Source of the DNA: Microgenomates group bacterium
Lineage (GTDB): Bacteria > Patescibacteriota > Microgenomatia > PFEM01 > JBNASD01
Direction: 5' to 3'
Assembly (NCBI GenBank): GCA_049720225.1
Contig: JBNASD010000001.1
Coordinates: 100,733-164,732, forward strand
Length of the DNA: 64,000 nt
The notes below the pieces were generated by a model. That model did not search any database. It saw nothing but the letters and a program-made list of their open reading frames with translations, and was not told the DNA's origin. Made by a program: the position numbers and the translations under genes. Below, piece after piece: positions 18,387 to 26,313 of the stretch. Numbering within the stretch: position 1 is the first letter of the stretch; every line of letters starts with the position of its first letter.

Positions 18387-20680
18387 TTTACTTTTCTTTT
18401 TTCCGCCTCATAAACTAACTGACGAGTAGTTTCAATTGCGTCAGGATTAACGGAAATACTGGTAATTCCCCAATCAACTAATTTATCAATTAACCGGGGG
18501 TAAACCGAAGGGGCTTGTCCGCAAATAGAGGAAGTAATTTTTAACTTTTGACAGGTTTTAATTGTTTTTTCAATTGCCCACAAAACTGCCGGATTTTCTT
18601 CAGGATAATAAGGGGCTAAATTTTGATTGTCTCGGTCAACACCTAAAATTAACATTGTTAAATCATTAGAACCAATAGAGACACCATCAATTCCAACTTT
18701 AGCAAATTCTTCCAAAAGAATAACATTCGCGGGAATTTCTACCATTAACCACAATTTAAAACTTGGCCCCCGAATTAATCCCTCCCCAACAATAATTTTT
18801 TTTACTTCTTGAAGTTCTTGGGGAGTGCGACAAAAAGGAATCATTAGCCACAAATTATTATAATTTTTTCTTACCTCTTTTATTGCTTTTAGTTCTAATT
18901 CTAAAATTTCAGGATTAGTGATATAACGAAAAGCACCTCTAAATCCCAACAAAGGGTTTTCTTCTTCAGGTTCAAACGCTTTTCCACCAATTAAATTGCG
19001 ATATTCGTTAGTTTTAAAATCAGTCGTCCGGTAAACTACTGGCCGAGGATAAAAAGCTTTACAGAAAGAAGTTAAATTATTAGCCAATTTTTCGATAAAG
19101 AATTTTTGTTTTTTATCTTTAATAATTTTTTTAGGATGAATCCCAATTTGGGCCATCATAAATTCCGCTCTTAATAAACCGACGCCATCAACATTCCGTT
19201 GGGCAATTTCTTCGGCTAATTCTGGTTCCGCTAAATTAACATAAATTTTCGTGGCAGTTTTTAAAGTGGAAAGAGCAATATTTTCTTCCTTTTTTAAAGG
19301 AGAAAAAACTAAAGAAGTTTGTTTTTTAGCAAAAGGGTTTCCTTTATAAATTTCCCCGGTTGTCCCGTTAATAGTAATGATTTCTCCATTTTTAAGAATT
19401 TTGGTGGCATTTTTTGTTCCCACCACACAAGGAACTCCCAATTCTCGACTAACAATGGCGGCGTGAGAAGTTTGTCCTCCTTTATCAGTGACAATTCCCG
19501 CTACTTTTTTCATTACGGGAACAAAATCAGGATTAGTCATGGGGGTGACTAAGATGTCTCCCTGTTTTACTTTATTAATTTCTTTAATTGAATTAATAAC
19601 AATTACCGGTCCACTCCCTATTCCCGGACTGGCCGGTTGGCCTACTAAAATTGGTTTTTCTTTAATTTTTTTTGCTTTGATGGTTTTCTTTTCCTTAAAA
19701 TTAACGGTCGTTACCGGCCTGGTTTGGAGAATATAAAATTTTCCTTTATACAAAGCCCATTCAATATCCTGGGGATAAAAATAATGGCGGTGAATTTTTT
19801 TACCAATTTGCGCTAATTCAATAATTTGTTTATCGGTTAATTTTCTTTTATTTTGTAATTGAAGGGGTACTGGTTTTTCTTGATTAGGCGTTTTTCCTCT
19901 TTTACTAGGTAATAATTGAATCTTTTGAGGATTAATTTCTTTTTTAATAATATTCAAATTGCTTTTATCTAACCAATAAATATCAGGAGTTACTTTCCCC
20001 CCCACCACATATTCTCCTAGTCCCCAAATTGCCTCAATAATAATTCTATTTTTTTGATTAGTCACCGGATCGCAGGTAAACATAATTCCCGAGACTTCTG
20101 AAGGAATCATTTTTTGAATGACGACCGCGATTCCTACCCTAAAATGGTCAAATCCTTTTTCTTCGCGATAAAAAATCGCTCGCGGTTCAAATAAAGAGGC
20201 CCAACACTCTTTTACTTTTTCAACGACATTTGCCTCGCCTTTAATGTTTAAAAAAGTTTTTTGTTGGCCAGCAAAAGAAGCAGTGGGTAAATCCTCGGCG
20301 GTCGCCGAAGAACGAATAGCAACCTCGGCTTGACTTAAAACCCCTCCTAATTTTAAATAACTTTCAATTATTTCCTTCCCTAAATCCTGGGGAAATTCTT
20401 GAGCCAAAATTAATTTTTTAATTTTTTCCGACGCCTCTAAATAAGTTTCTGGTTTTTTAGGATGAGTTAAGGATAAAAAATTTTTTATTTTAAAGGTAAG
20501 TTTATTTTTTTCTAAAAAATCAAAATAAGCTTTAGCGGTAACGACAAAACCCGGAGGAACAGGAATGCCAAAACTGGCCATCTCCCCCAAATTGGCTCCC
20601 TTTCCTCCCACTAAGGAGATATCATCTTTATCGATTTCTTCAAACCATAAAATATTTTTGTCTTTTTTTTGGGCAGTCAT
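18374..20680 (-). CDS. ppsA: Phosphoenolpyruvate synthase (PEP-utilizing enzyme, three-domain)
   Basis: Has the N-terminal ATP-grasp motif 'VGGKGANLGEM...GIPVPPGF', a central phospho-His domain ('GGQTSHAAIVSRELGVPCVVG'), and a C-terminal PEP-binding TIM ('CGQAPS'). Confidence 0.8.
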   Translation of the reverse strand: MTAQKKDKNILWFEEIDKDDISLVGGKGANLGEMASFGIPVPPGFVVTAKAYFDFLEKNKLTFKIKNFLSLTHPKKPETYLEASEKIKKLILAQEFPQDLGKEIIESYLKLGGVLSQAEVAIRSSATAEDLPTASFAGQQKTFLNIKGEANVVEKVKECWASLFEPRAIFYREEKGFDHFRVGIAVVIQKMIPSEVSGIMFTCDPVTNQKNRIIIEAIWGLGEYVVGGKVTPDIYWLDKSNLNIIKKEINPQKIQLLPSKRGKTPNQEKPVPLQLQNKRKLTDKQIIELAQIGKKIHRHYFYPQDIEWALYKGKFYILQTRPVTTVNFKEKKTIKAKKIKEKPILVGQPASPGIGSGPVIVINSIKEINKVKQGDILVTPMTNPDFVPVMKKVAGIVTDKGGQTSHAAIVSRELGVPCVVGTKNATKILKNGEIITINGTTGEIYKGNPFAKKQTSLVFSPLKKEENIALSTLKTATKIYVNLAEPELAEEIAQRNVDGVGLLRAEFMMAQIGIHPKKIIKDKKQKFFIEKLANNLTSFCKAFYPRPVVYRTTDFKTNEYRNLIGGKAFEPEEENPLLGFRGAFRYITNPEILELELKAIKEVRKNYNNLWLMIPFCRTPQELQEVKKIIVGEGLIRGPSFKLWLMVEIPANVILLEEFAKVGIDGVSIGSNDLTMLILGVDRDNQNLAPYYPEENPAVLWAIEKTIKTCQKLKITSSICGQAPSVYPRLIDKLVDWGITSISVNPDAIETTRQLVYEAEKRKVKWRK

Positions 20681-20681
20681 T

Positions 20682-21077
20682 TTAACCTAAATAAACTTTA
20701 TTACTTTTTCTTTTTTTTCTTGCTTCCTCGGTTTCTGTTCCCCGCTGATAGTCATCTTCTAATCTTACGGTTTTTCCTTTTTCCGGCGTTGAGGCTTCTA
20801 AAATATCACAATCAGTAATTGCCCAACAGCGGTGTTTTGTCATTGGTTTAATAAAATATCCCTTTAAAGGCTTCATTTTTTGCCATCGGCCGTTAAGAAG
20901 AATTTTTGCCTCCCCTTTTAATAAGCATAAAGTTTCTGTTTTTTGGTCATGGTATTGATAACTCAATCTTTTTCCTTTTTCAAGATGAAGAATTTTTCCG
21001 GTAACTGGTGATTCGGGAGGAGTGAAAATCAATTCCCAGCCCCACGGTTTTAAAATTTTTAAAGAAAATGGCTTCAT
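20682..21077 (-). CDS. Cupin-domain protein (phosphomannose-isomerase type II C-terminal-like)
   Basis: 'GKILHLEKGKRLSYQYHDQKTETLCLLKGEAKILLNG' is a cupin type-2 two-His motif. Confidence 0.5.
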   Translation of the reverse strand: MKPFSLKILKPWGWELIFTPPESPVTGKILHLEKGKRLSYQYHDQKTETLCLLKGEAKILLNGRWQKMKPLKGYFIKPMTKHRCWAITDCDILEASTPEKGKTVRLEDDYQRGTETEEARKKRKSNKVYLG

Positions 21078-21086
21078 AATTTCATT

Positions 21087-21764
21087 TTAAAGACTTAAAA
21101 TAACTAGGTCAAGATAGTAATCTAGCGAATAAATCGCTCTTCCGCTTTTTTGTAAATAATCGATAACTAATAATTGAGAATAAAAATTAATTAATTTTTT
21201 TAAATCAAATTTTCTTGCCTGAGCAATTAGTTTTTTTCTTTTCCATGATTCATATTCTTTAAGACCTTCCTCTCCTAAATCTTTGGCAATAATTAAATCT
21301 TTAACATGCCGGTGAAGAAAGTAAAAAATCAATTCTGGTTTTTCTTTTTTTAAGCAACGATGAAAAAGCAATAATGCTTGATTTTTGGTTTCCGGAGAAA
21401 GCGATTCTAAAAACTGAAAAATAATTTTTGGCAATTCAAATATTCTTATTTGGGCAAAAGAAAAAGGAGCTAAAGTCTGAGGAGAAATTTTTTTTCCTTC
21501 CCAAATAATTAAATTTTCTGGTTTTTCTTTTATTAAATATTTAATAATTAAATTTTTTTCCTTATTTCTTGGTGAAGAAAAAAAATTTTCCAGGACCACT
21601 AATTTATCGTTTTTTAAAAGAGATTGACTTTCTAAAGCCTGAAGAAGATTTTCTAAAGCGAGGTTTTTTCCCTCTAAATAAATTACTTCTCCCGAAAAAG
21701 ACTTAACTCTCGAAGTTAAAAATTGCCGCGAGAGAGTAGTATTTTCTCCATGAAGAATTAGCAT
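21087..21764 (-). CDS. holA: DNA polymerase III delta-subunit-like protein (short HolA-like)
   Basis: The N-terminus 'MLILHGENTTLSRQFL...LEGKN' resembles the HolA N-terminal clamp-loader domain. The call is weak. Confidence 0.35.
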   Translation of the reverse strand: MLILHGENTTLSRQFLTSRVKSFSGEVIYLEGKNLALENLLQALESQSLLKNDKLVVLENFFSSPRNKEKNLIIKYLIKEKPENLIIWEGKKISPQTLAPFSFAQIRIFELPKIIFQFLESLSPETKNQALLLFHRCLKKEKPELIFYFLHRHVKDLIIAKDLGEEGLKEYESWKRKKLIAQARKFDLKKLINFYSQLLVIDYLQKSGRAIYSLDYYLDLVILSL

Positions 21765-21772
21765 TATAATAT

Positions 21773-22024
21773 TTATTCTACTTTATAAACTTCATCGCCT
21801 TCTTTTACCGGTTGGTCAACTTTCATTCCTACCGTTTGTCCTTTATCCGCCTCATTTACTGGTTGGTGTTCGATTTGCATTGACTGTACTGTTTGGGTGA
21901 ATTCTTGACCATGGCCGGTAATTTTAATTTGATCCCCTACCTTAAGAGGAGAAAGAACCTCTACCACCGCTACTCCAATTCGGTCAAAATAGTGAGTAAT
22001 TTTTCCGGCTAAAATATCCGCCAT
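21773..22024 (-). CDS. Small conserved hypothetical protein (EF-Tu domain-2-like beta-barrel)
   Basis: An 83-aa ORF that is Gly/Val/Lys-rich and beta-rich. No definitive motif was found. Confidence 0.35.
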   Translation of the reverse strand: MADILAGKITHYFDRIGVAVVEVLSPLKVGDQIKITGHGQEFTQTVQSMQIEHQPVNEADKGQTVGMKVDQPVKEGDEVYKVE

Positions 22025-22045
22025 TATCTCACCTCCTTCCTTTTT

Positions 22046-22524
22046 TCAGATTTTACCATTTTTGATCTTCCAATGACAAATCGCCACCGCCAAGGCATCG
22101 GCCGCATGAGTTGGTCGGGGAACTTTTTTTAGTTTTAAAATTTTTTTTACCTGAGATTGAATTTGATTTTTCTTTGCTCGGCCATTTTCTGTAAGCATCA
22201 TTTTAATTTTTAAAGGAGGATATTCTACTACTTGAATTTTTTTTCTTTCCGCCGCTAACTTAATTACGCCCATTGCCTGACCAACCGCAGAAGCGGATTT
22301 GGCATTGGTATTGAAAAAAAGAGTTTCTAAGGCTAAAACTTGGGGTTTATGGTCGCGAATAATTTTTAGGGTTTGTTTGTAAATTAAATCCAATCTTTTT
22401 GGGGAACTTAAATGATTAGAAGTTTTAATACTTCCGTGGCAAAGAAGAGTAATTTTTTGAGAACGACATTCAATAATTCCGTAACCAGTTTCCGCCGTTC
22501 CCGGATCAATACCGAGAATTTTCA
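22046..22524 (-). CDS. ruvC: Crossover junction endodeoxyribonuclease RuvC
   Basis: 'MKILGIDPGTAETGYGII' carries the first catalytic Asp; 'LALETLFF' (Glu), 'PTHAADALAVAICH' (Asp/His) follow. The N-terminal 80 aa of the track ORF are rejected as spurious. Confidence 0.85.
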
Positions 22525-22571
22525 TAAAATTAAGTATAGCAAAAGAAAGGCGAACGAGTAAATAAAAAAAT

Positions 22572-22655
22572 ATGCCGGGAAGAGATAAATAAAAATAATA
22601 ATGGTGTGCTTCGCTTTGGAAGCTCCCCCCCAAAAAAACTATCTCTTCCCGGCAA
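22572..22655 (-). terminator. Nested-hairpin intrinsic terminator with a 15-bp outer stem and an inner GCTTC/GAAGC stem
   Basis: tgccgggaagagata...tatctcttcccggca lies directly downstream, on the minus strand, of the 22665..23006 gene. Confidence 0.5.
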
Positions 22656-22664
22656 ATAAAAATC

Positions 22665-23006
22665 TTACCCAGAGCAAATCGTCGCCATCGTGACGATTGC
22701 TCCAATTCCGAGAATAATCTGCCCCACGCGCAACAAAAACACACCCGGTATCCACAGGGCGTATTCATCATTCATTGCTGTCTCTACCGAAAATTTCCAT
22801 GGAGGCGCGCACACCACCGCGCCTTGCACACTCTTGACCAAATCCTTTTCGGAAGAACTGCTCTTTTCAATGATGACAAAAATGGTCCTTCCGGGCAAAA
22901 GGAGGCGTCTTCCCCTCCATGCGAGATTTATCAGGAATTGAGGGATAATTCCCAATTCCATGATCATCAATCCCACCAAGATCAAAATTATGCCGAAGCC
23001 TTCCAT
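22665..23006 (-). CDS. Small hypothetical membrane protein (113 aa), compositionally GC-rich
   Basis: A strong RBS 'aaaaaggaggg' sits 7 nt upstream of the ATG (MEGFGIILILVGL...). GC is about 48% versus about 32% in the flanks. It has two or three TM segments. Confidence 0.5.
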   Translation of the reverse strand: MEGFGIILILVGLMIMELGIIPQFLINLAWRGRRLLLPGRTIFVIIEKSSSSEKDLVKSVQGAVVCAPPWKFSVETAMNDEYALWIPGVFLLRVGQIILGIGAIVTMATICSG

Positions 23007-23170
23007 TTTCAAACCCTCCTTTTTTTAAATGTGCGGCTAATTTGAATTTTACCCCAAAACCAAAAAATATTCAACATTATAGGTTTAAAAATAAAATTTT
23101 GATTAGTATTAATAATTTTTTTCTGGTATAATATTTTGTGTTCTTTGAAAATTAAAGTTAATCCGATCGT

Positions 23171-23224
23171 GGGTCCGTATCCGCCAGCCGGCGGACAACT
23201 GGCGAACTTTTAAGCAGTTGTTAT
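23171..23224 (+). pseudogene. tRNA-Lys-derived fragment, 5' acceptor 9 nt plus anticodon-loop/3'-stem 14 nt with a GC-rich palindromic insert
   Basis: gggtccgta...cttttaagcagttg is identical to segments of the adjacent intact tRNA-Lys. It lacks the D- and T-arms. Confidence 0.5.
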
Positions 23225-23297
23225 GGGTCCGTAGCTCAGAGGTAGAGCAGCTGCCTTTTAAGCAGTTGGTCGAGCGTTCGATTCGCTCCGGACCCAC
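23225..23297 (+). tRNA. tRNA-Lys (anticodon TTT)
   Basis: GGGTCCGTAGCTCAGAGGTAGAGC...anticodon loop CUUUUAA...GTTCGATTC...CGGACCCA. Confidence 0.85.
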
Positions 23298-23318
23298 CCT
23301 ACCCTAGATCCACCTTTC

Positions 23319-23392
23319 GGCCCCGTCGTCTAGCGGCCTAGGACGTCAGCTTTTCAGGCTGAAGGTCGGGGGTTCGAATCCCCCCGGGGTCA
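23319..23392 (+). tRNA. tRNA-Glu (anticodon TTC)
   Basis: GGCCCCGTCGTCTAGCGGCCTAGGACG...anticodon loop UUUUCAG...GGTTCGAATCC...CGGGGTCA. Confidence 0.85.
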
Positions 23393-23449
23393 CTTTTTGA
23401 AAGCGGTGTCTTCTTAACAATCGGTTCCAAACTTTAAAGGAGGTGGCTT

Positions 23450-23668
23450 ATGTCTTCGAGATGTCCTGCTTGTGGTGGAACTGGCAGGCAGAAAGATGGC
23501 GAGTATCTTAAGGAAAGAGATTGTCGAGTTTGTGGAGGAACAGGAATATTTTCCTCCACATCAACTTCTGACGACAATTGTCTGAGGTGCGAAGGGAGAG
23601 GTTGGTATTTCAGCGATCAGGGTTTACCCACAATTTGTACCTGCAGGAGAGCACGAAAGAAAAAATAA
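23450..23668 (+). CDS. Small standalone zinc-finger protein with three DnaJ-type CxxCxGxG repeats
   Basis: Contains CPACGGTG, CRVCGGTG and CLRCEGRG, with the RBS 'aaaggaggtggctt' upstream of the ATG. It is GC-rich relative to the genome. Confidence 0.55.
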   Translation: MSSRCPACGGTGRQKDGEYLKERDCRVCGGTGIFSSTSTSDDNCLRCEGRGWYFSDQGLPTICTCRRARKKK

Positions 23669-23670
23669 AT

Positions 23671-23769
23671 AAAAAAGCCCGAAGTAATATGGAGGGTAAT
23701 CAAATAATGGAGCATAGCGCTCTACAATTTTATTTTGATTACCTTCTTTTAAAACTTCGGGCTTTTTTT
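23671..23769 (+). ncRNA. Structured element A: triple-nested hairpin (outer AGCCCGAAGT/ACTTCGGGCT, middle GGTAATCAAA/TTTGATTACC, inner GAGC-AUAGC-GCUC) ending in a T-run. It is a terminator or small-RNA candidate.
   Basis: Perfect inverted repeats with a T7 tract. Element B has the same architecture and the same AUAGC apical loop, with compensatory stem changes. Confidence 0.45.
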
Positions 23770-23817
23770 ATTTTTAACCACTTTTATTTGCAAATTATCC
23801 TATAATGTGATATAATA
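23770..23817 (+). promoter_or_regulatory. Promoter module copy 1: TTGCAA, a 17-nt spacer, then an extended -10 TGaTATAAT
   Basis: -35 at 23788-23793 and -10 at 23811-23816. A 55-nt block is nearly identical to 24389-24443. Confidence 0.55.
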
Positions 23818-23981
23818 GCCTTGATTTAAGATAAAAAAGAAATTGAATTTTTGTTCTTTGAAAATTTAAAAAAATTCTTTATCCGAATCGGTAACCTTTT
23901 GGGCATTAATAAAAAATTAATAAATTAGTGTTCAAAAAGTTGCCGATTCGGGCACAATCTTGGAGTTGGAGGTGAAGAAGA

Positions 23982-24293
23982 ATGGCGCTCCGATTATTGA
24001 TCCCCACAACAAGGTTTGCGATCGCACAGTGGTTGCCCCATGGAGAAGAGACACCGATAGTGGTGGTCGGAGGAAAGTGGAACAATGTCGTCATCAGGCA
24101 TAATCCAAAAGGGATGACGGGGCTACTCAGTATACAGAGGGGATTTCCCCTCTCCGTAAGGTCTCTCACGATAGTCGTAAACGGAGACCCAGCGAGGATC
24201 ACTTTCATCTTCTTGGAGCGTCTTCCAGACACAATCCACGTACCGGAGGAATTGAAGAGGTACCTGAAGTTTGAGCAGGTGGTGAAGAGGTAA
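23982..24293 (+). CDS. Hypothetical protein (103 aa), GC-rich
   Basis: RBS 'ttggaggtgaagaagaATG'. Flanked upstream by promoter module 1 and downstream by element B. The antisense 108-aa ORF is disfavoured because it lacks an RBS or terminator. Confidence 0.45.
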   Translation: MALRLLIPTTRFAIAQWLPHGEETPIVVVGGKWNNVVIRHNPKGMTGLLSIQRGFPLSVRSLTIVVNGDPARITFIFLERLPDTIHVPEELKRYLKFEQVVKR

Positions 24294-24295
24294 AC

Positions 24296-24396
24296 CGAGA
24301 AAGCCGGGAATAAAGAGGATATTTAACTCACCCCTGACATAGCGTCAGGAAAAAGGATGAGTTTTATATCCGATTTACACTTCCCGGCTTTTTTTA
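24296..24396 (+). ncRNA. Structured element B: nested hairpin (outer AGCCGGGAA/TTCCCGGCT, GGATAT/ATATCC, inner CCTGAC-AUAGC-GTCAGG) ending in a T-run
   Basis: Same topology and apical loop as element A, and immediately followed by promoter module copy 2. Confidence 0.45.
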
Positions 24397-24443
24397 TTTT
24401 TAACCACTTTTATTTGCAAATTATCCTATAATGTGATACAATA
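24389..24443 (+). promoter_or_regulatory. Promoter module copy 2: TTGCAA, a 17-nt spacer, then TACAAT
   Basis: -35 at 24414-24419 and -10 at 24437-24442. It differs from copy 1 by 1-2 nt. Confidence 0.5.
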
Positions 24444-24564
24444 TCCTTTACTATACATTTAAAAACAAAAGGTAAGATTTAATAATTATGGAAAGAAAAA
24501 GAGCATCCTTTATGGAGTTTTAGAGCGTATAATCGAAAGTGTCGGTATAATAGCAATAAATAGT

Positions 24565-25155
24565 TTGATAAATGACGCGCTCAAAACTTTAGAAAGAAAA
24601 AAAGATCTTTTTCAATCAAATTCGGCAGAAGAAGTCACGATAGAAAGTTTTTATAACAGTTTACTTAGTTTTTTCAAATTTTTTTCTAAAAAATCTTCTG
24701 GAAAATCTCCGGAAGAATTTTTAAAGCAAATATCTCAAGAGTGGAATAATGGCGCCAATAAGTTTACCGATTTAAATAAAGGAAAAATCGAAAGATTAGG
24801 ACAAATAATTATGGGTGGTTATAAGGGGTTGCTATGGTTATATAAAAACCCTTCTTGGCTAATTCATTTAATTGAATTAATGACTTGGGATTTATTTCAG
24901 CGTGTAGGAAAAGACCCTGACTCTAAATTATTTTTAATTTTGTTAACTGTCGGATTAGTTGAAGAAGAAGAACTCTCACTCCCTGAGCTTTATTCTGATA
25001 AACTAAAAGCAAAAGGGGAATATATAGCCTCCTTAATTAACTGCAATAAACCAGAAAGAGAGGAATCGCTTCGATTACCCGAATTAATTAAAAAAATTTT
25101 CTCTTCAGATTTACTAACTTACTCTCCTTCGGTTTTTGGTTATTCTTCAAATTAA
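24565..25155 (+). CDS. Hypothetical protein (about 196 aa, start uncertain)
   Basis: ORF downstream of promoter copy 2 with AT-rich, host-like composition. No recognisable motif. Confidence 0.35.
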   Translation: MINDALKTLERKKDLFQSNSAEEVTIESFYNSLLSFFKFFSKKSSGKSPEEFLKQISQEWNNGANKFTDLNKGKIERLGQIIMGGYKGLLWLYKNPSWLIHLIELMTWDLFQRVGKDPDSKLFLILLTVGLVEEEELSLPELYSDKLKAKGEYIASLINCNKPEREESLRLPELIKKIFSSDLLTYSPSVFGYSSN

Positions 25156-25240
25156 ATATTTCTTTAAAATTTTCTTCCCCAATAGCGTGTTTTGTTTATT
25201 TTTCGAAAAATAAAAAATTTTTAAATATAATTTTATAATA

Positions 25241-25356
25241 AAAAAACGCCTGAGGTTTTTTAAGTAAAGAGTTTTGATTTAAGATAAGAGTTGCTTAAAT
25301 TATAACTCTTATCTTTTTTTAACTCTTTACGACTTCAGGCGTTTTTTGTTTTTTTC
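25241..25356. terminator. Bidirectional nested-hairpin terminator between convergent genes
   Basis: Outer stem aaaacgcctgaggt/acttcaggcgtttt, middle GTAAAGAGTT/AACTCTTTAC, inner GATAAGAGTT/AACTCTTATC. There are T/A runs on both sides. Confidence 0.55.
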
Positions 25357-25366
25357 AGAGGTCCAA

Positions 25367-25831
25367 TTATCTTAAGACCCCCGAAAACAGGAGCAACAAC
25401 TTCAAGAGTAATGCTTGGATAAAAGACAACTTAGCAGGAAGCAGTTGCATTTCAACTGCCCTGCTAAATATATCCGGAATCGCCCAATTCCACAAAATCA
25501 TCGTCAAAACCACCGCCAAGAAGAAGAAACCGACCTTGGCAAATATCATAAAGAGGCGCCAACCAAAAGTTTCCTCTCCATCTTCATCATCTAGGGGTAG
25601 TCTCCCCATCCCCAATACCACAAGTAATAAACACGTCTTGATCGTTTGGGCTGTGGTTAATGTTGCGGGTATGATACCCGCATTAACCAAGGTTGGTAAA
25701 AACCTGGGCATCAGTTTTGCCCACACCCACTGGAATAAAAAGATAGCAATGAAGAAACACACGAAGTAGACTAAAGCCTTCCCCACAATCATTAATGCCA
25801 TTTCCCGAAGTTCTTCTGCTTTTTCGTTCAT
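25367..25831 (-). CDS. Hypothetical membrane protein (4 TM) with an acidic loop
   Basis: RBS 'ttggaggtgaaagATG' on the minus strand. Contains hydrophobic helices and the loop 'LDDEDGEETFGW'. Confidence 0.5.
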   Translation of the reverse strand: MNEKAEELREMALMIVGKALVYFVCFFIAIFLFQWVWAKLMPRFLPTLVNAGIIPATLTTAQTIKTCLLLVVLGMGRLPLDDEDGEETFGWRLFMIFAKVGFFFLAVVLTMILWNWAIPDIFSRAVEMQLLPAKLSFIQALLLKLLLLFSGVLR

Positions 25832-26313
25832 CTTTCACCTCCAAATTTAAAATGGGATTTCGGACACGAATAATTTTTAAAAGTGCAAAATACGATCCTT
25901 TTCCTAACGTATTAAATTATACCATTAAGAATTTAAATGTCAATATTATAGGATACTATAGTAAAAATTTCTTAACTGTTTATAACCCTTAAATAAAGTT
26001 ATAAAGACTTTAAATATAGAGAAAAATTAGAGTTTAAAATTATAATTCTTTAGAAATGGAAATGAAGAGAATAGCTTCAATTTAGACTTATATTGCAGGC
26101 TTTTTAAATTAGTAATGGAATTTTTTAAGCGTCTAAATCGGAGATTTCATAAATATGAAGAAAAAAGAAGTTATTATTAAAAATTTATTTTTTCCTAAAA
26201 TTTTTATGCAAAAAGAAAAAATAAATAAAAAATTTCAGATCAATAGTTAGTCTTTAATAATTTTTAATCTAAAAAATATTAGAAAAAAGAAATACCTTTC
26301 TTTTGGATGTTTT

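Noticed and set aside
22525-22771. N-terminal 80-aa extension of the ruvC track ORF (MMNTPCGYRVCFCC...)
   Set aside because: RuvC homology begins at MKILGIDPG (22524). The extension overlaps the convergent small-gene terminator hairpin and has an unrelated composition.
23900-24300. GC-rich stretch considered as RNase P RNA, tmRNA or another housekeeping ncRNA
   Set aside because: It lacks the universally conserved P4 'GGAAAGTCCGGGCTCC/ACAGAACCCGGCTTA' RNase P motifs and the tmRNA tRNA-like ends. It has a good RBS, a 103-aa ORF and a terminator, so a protein gene is more parsimonious.
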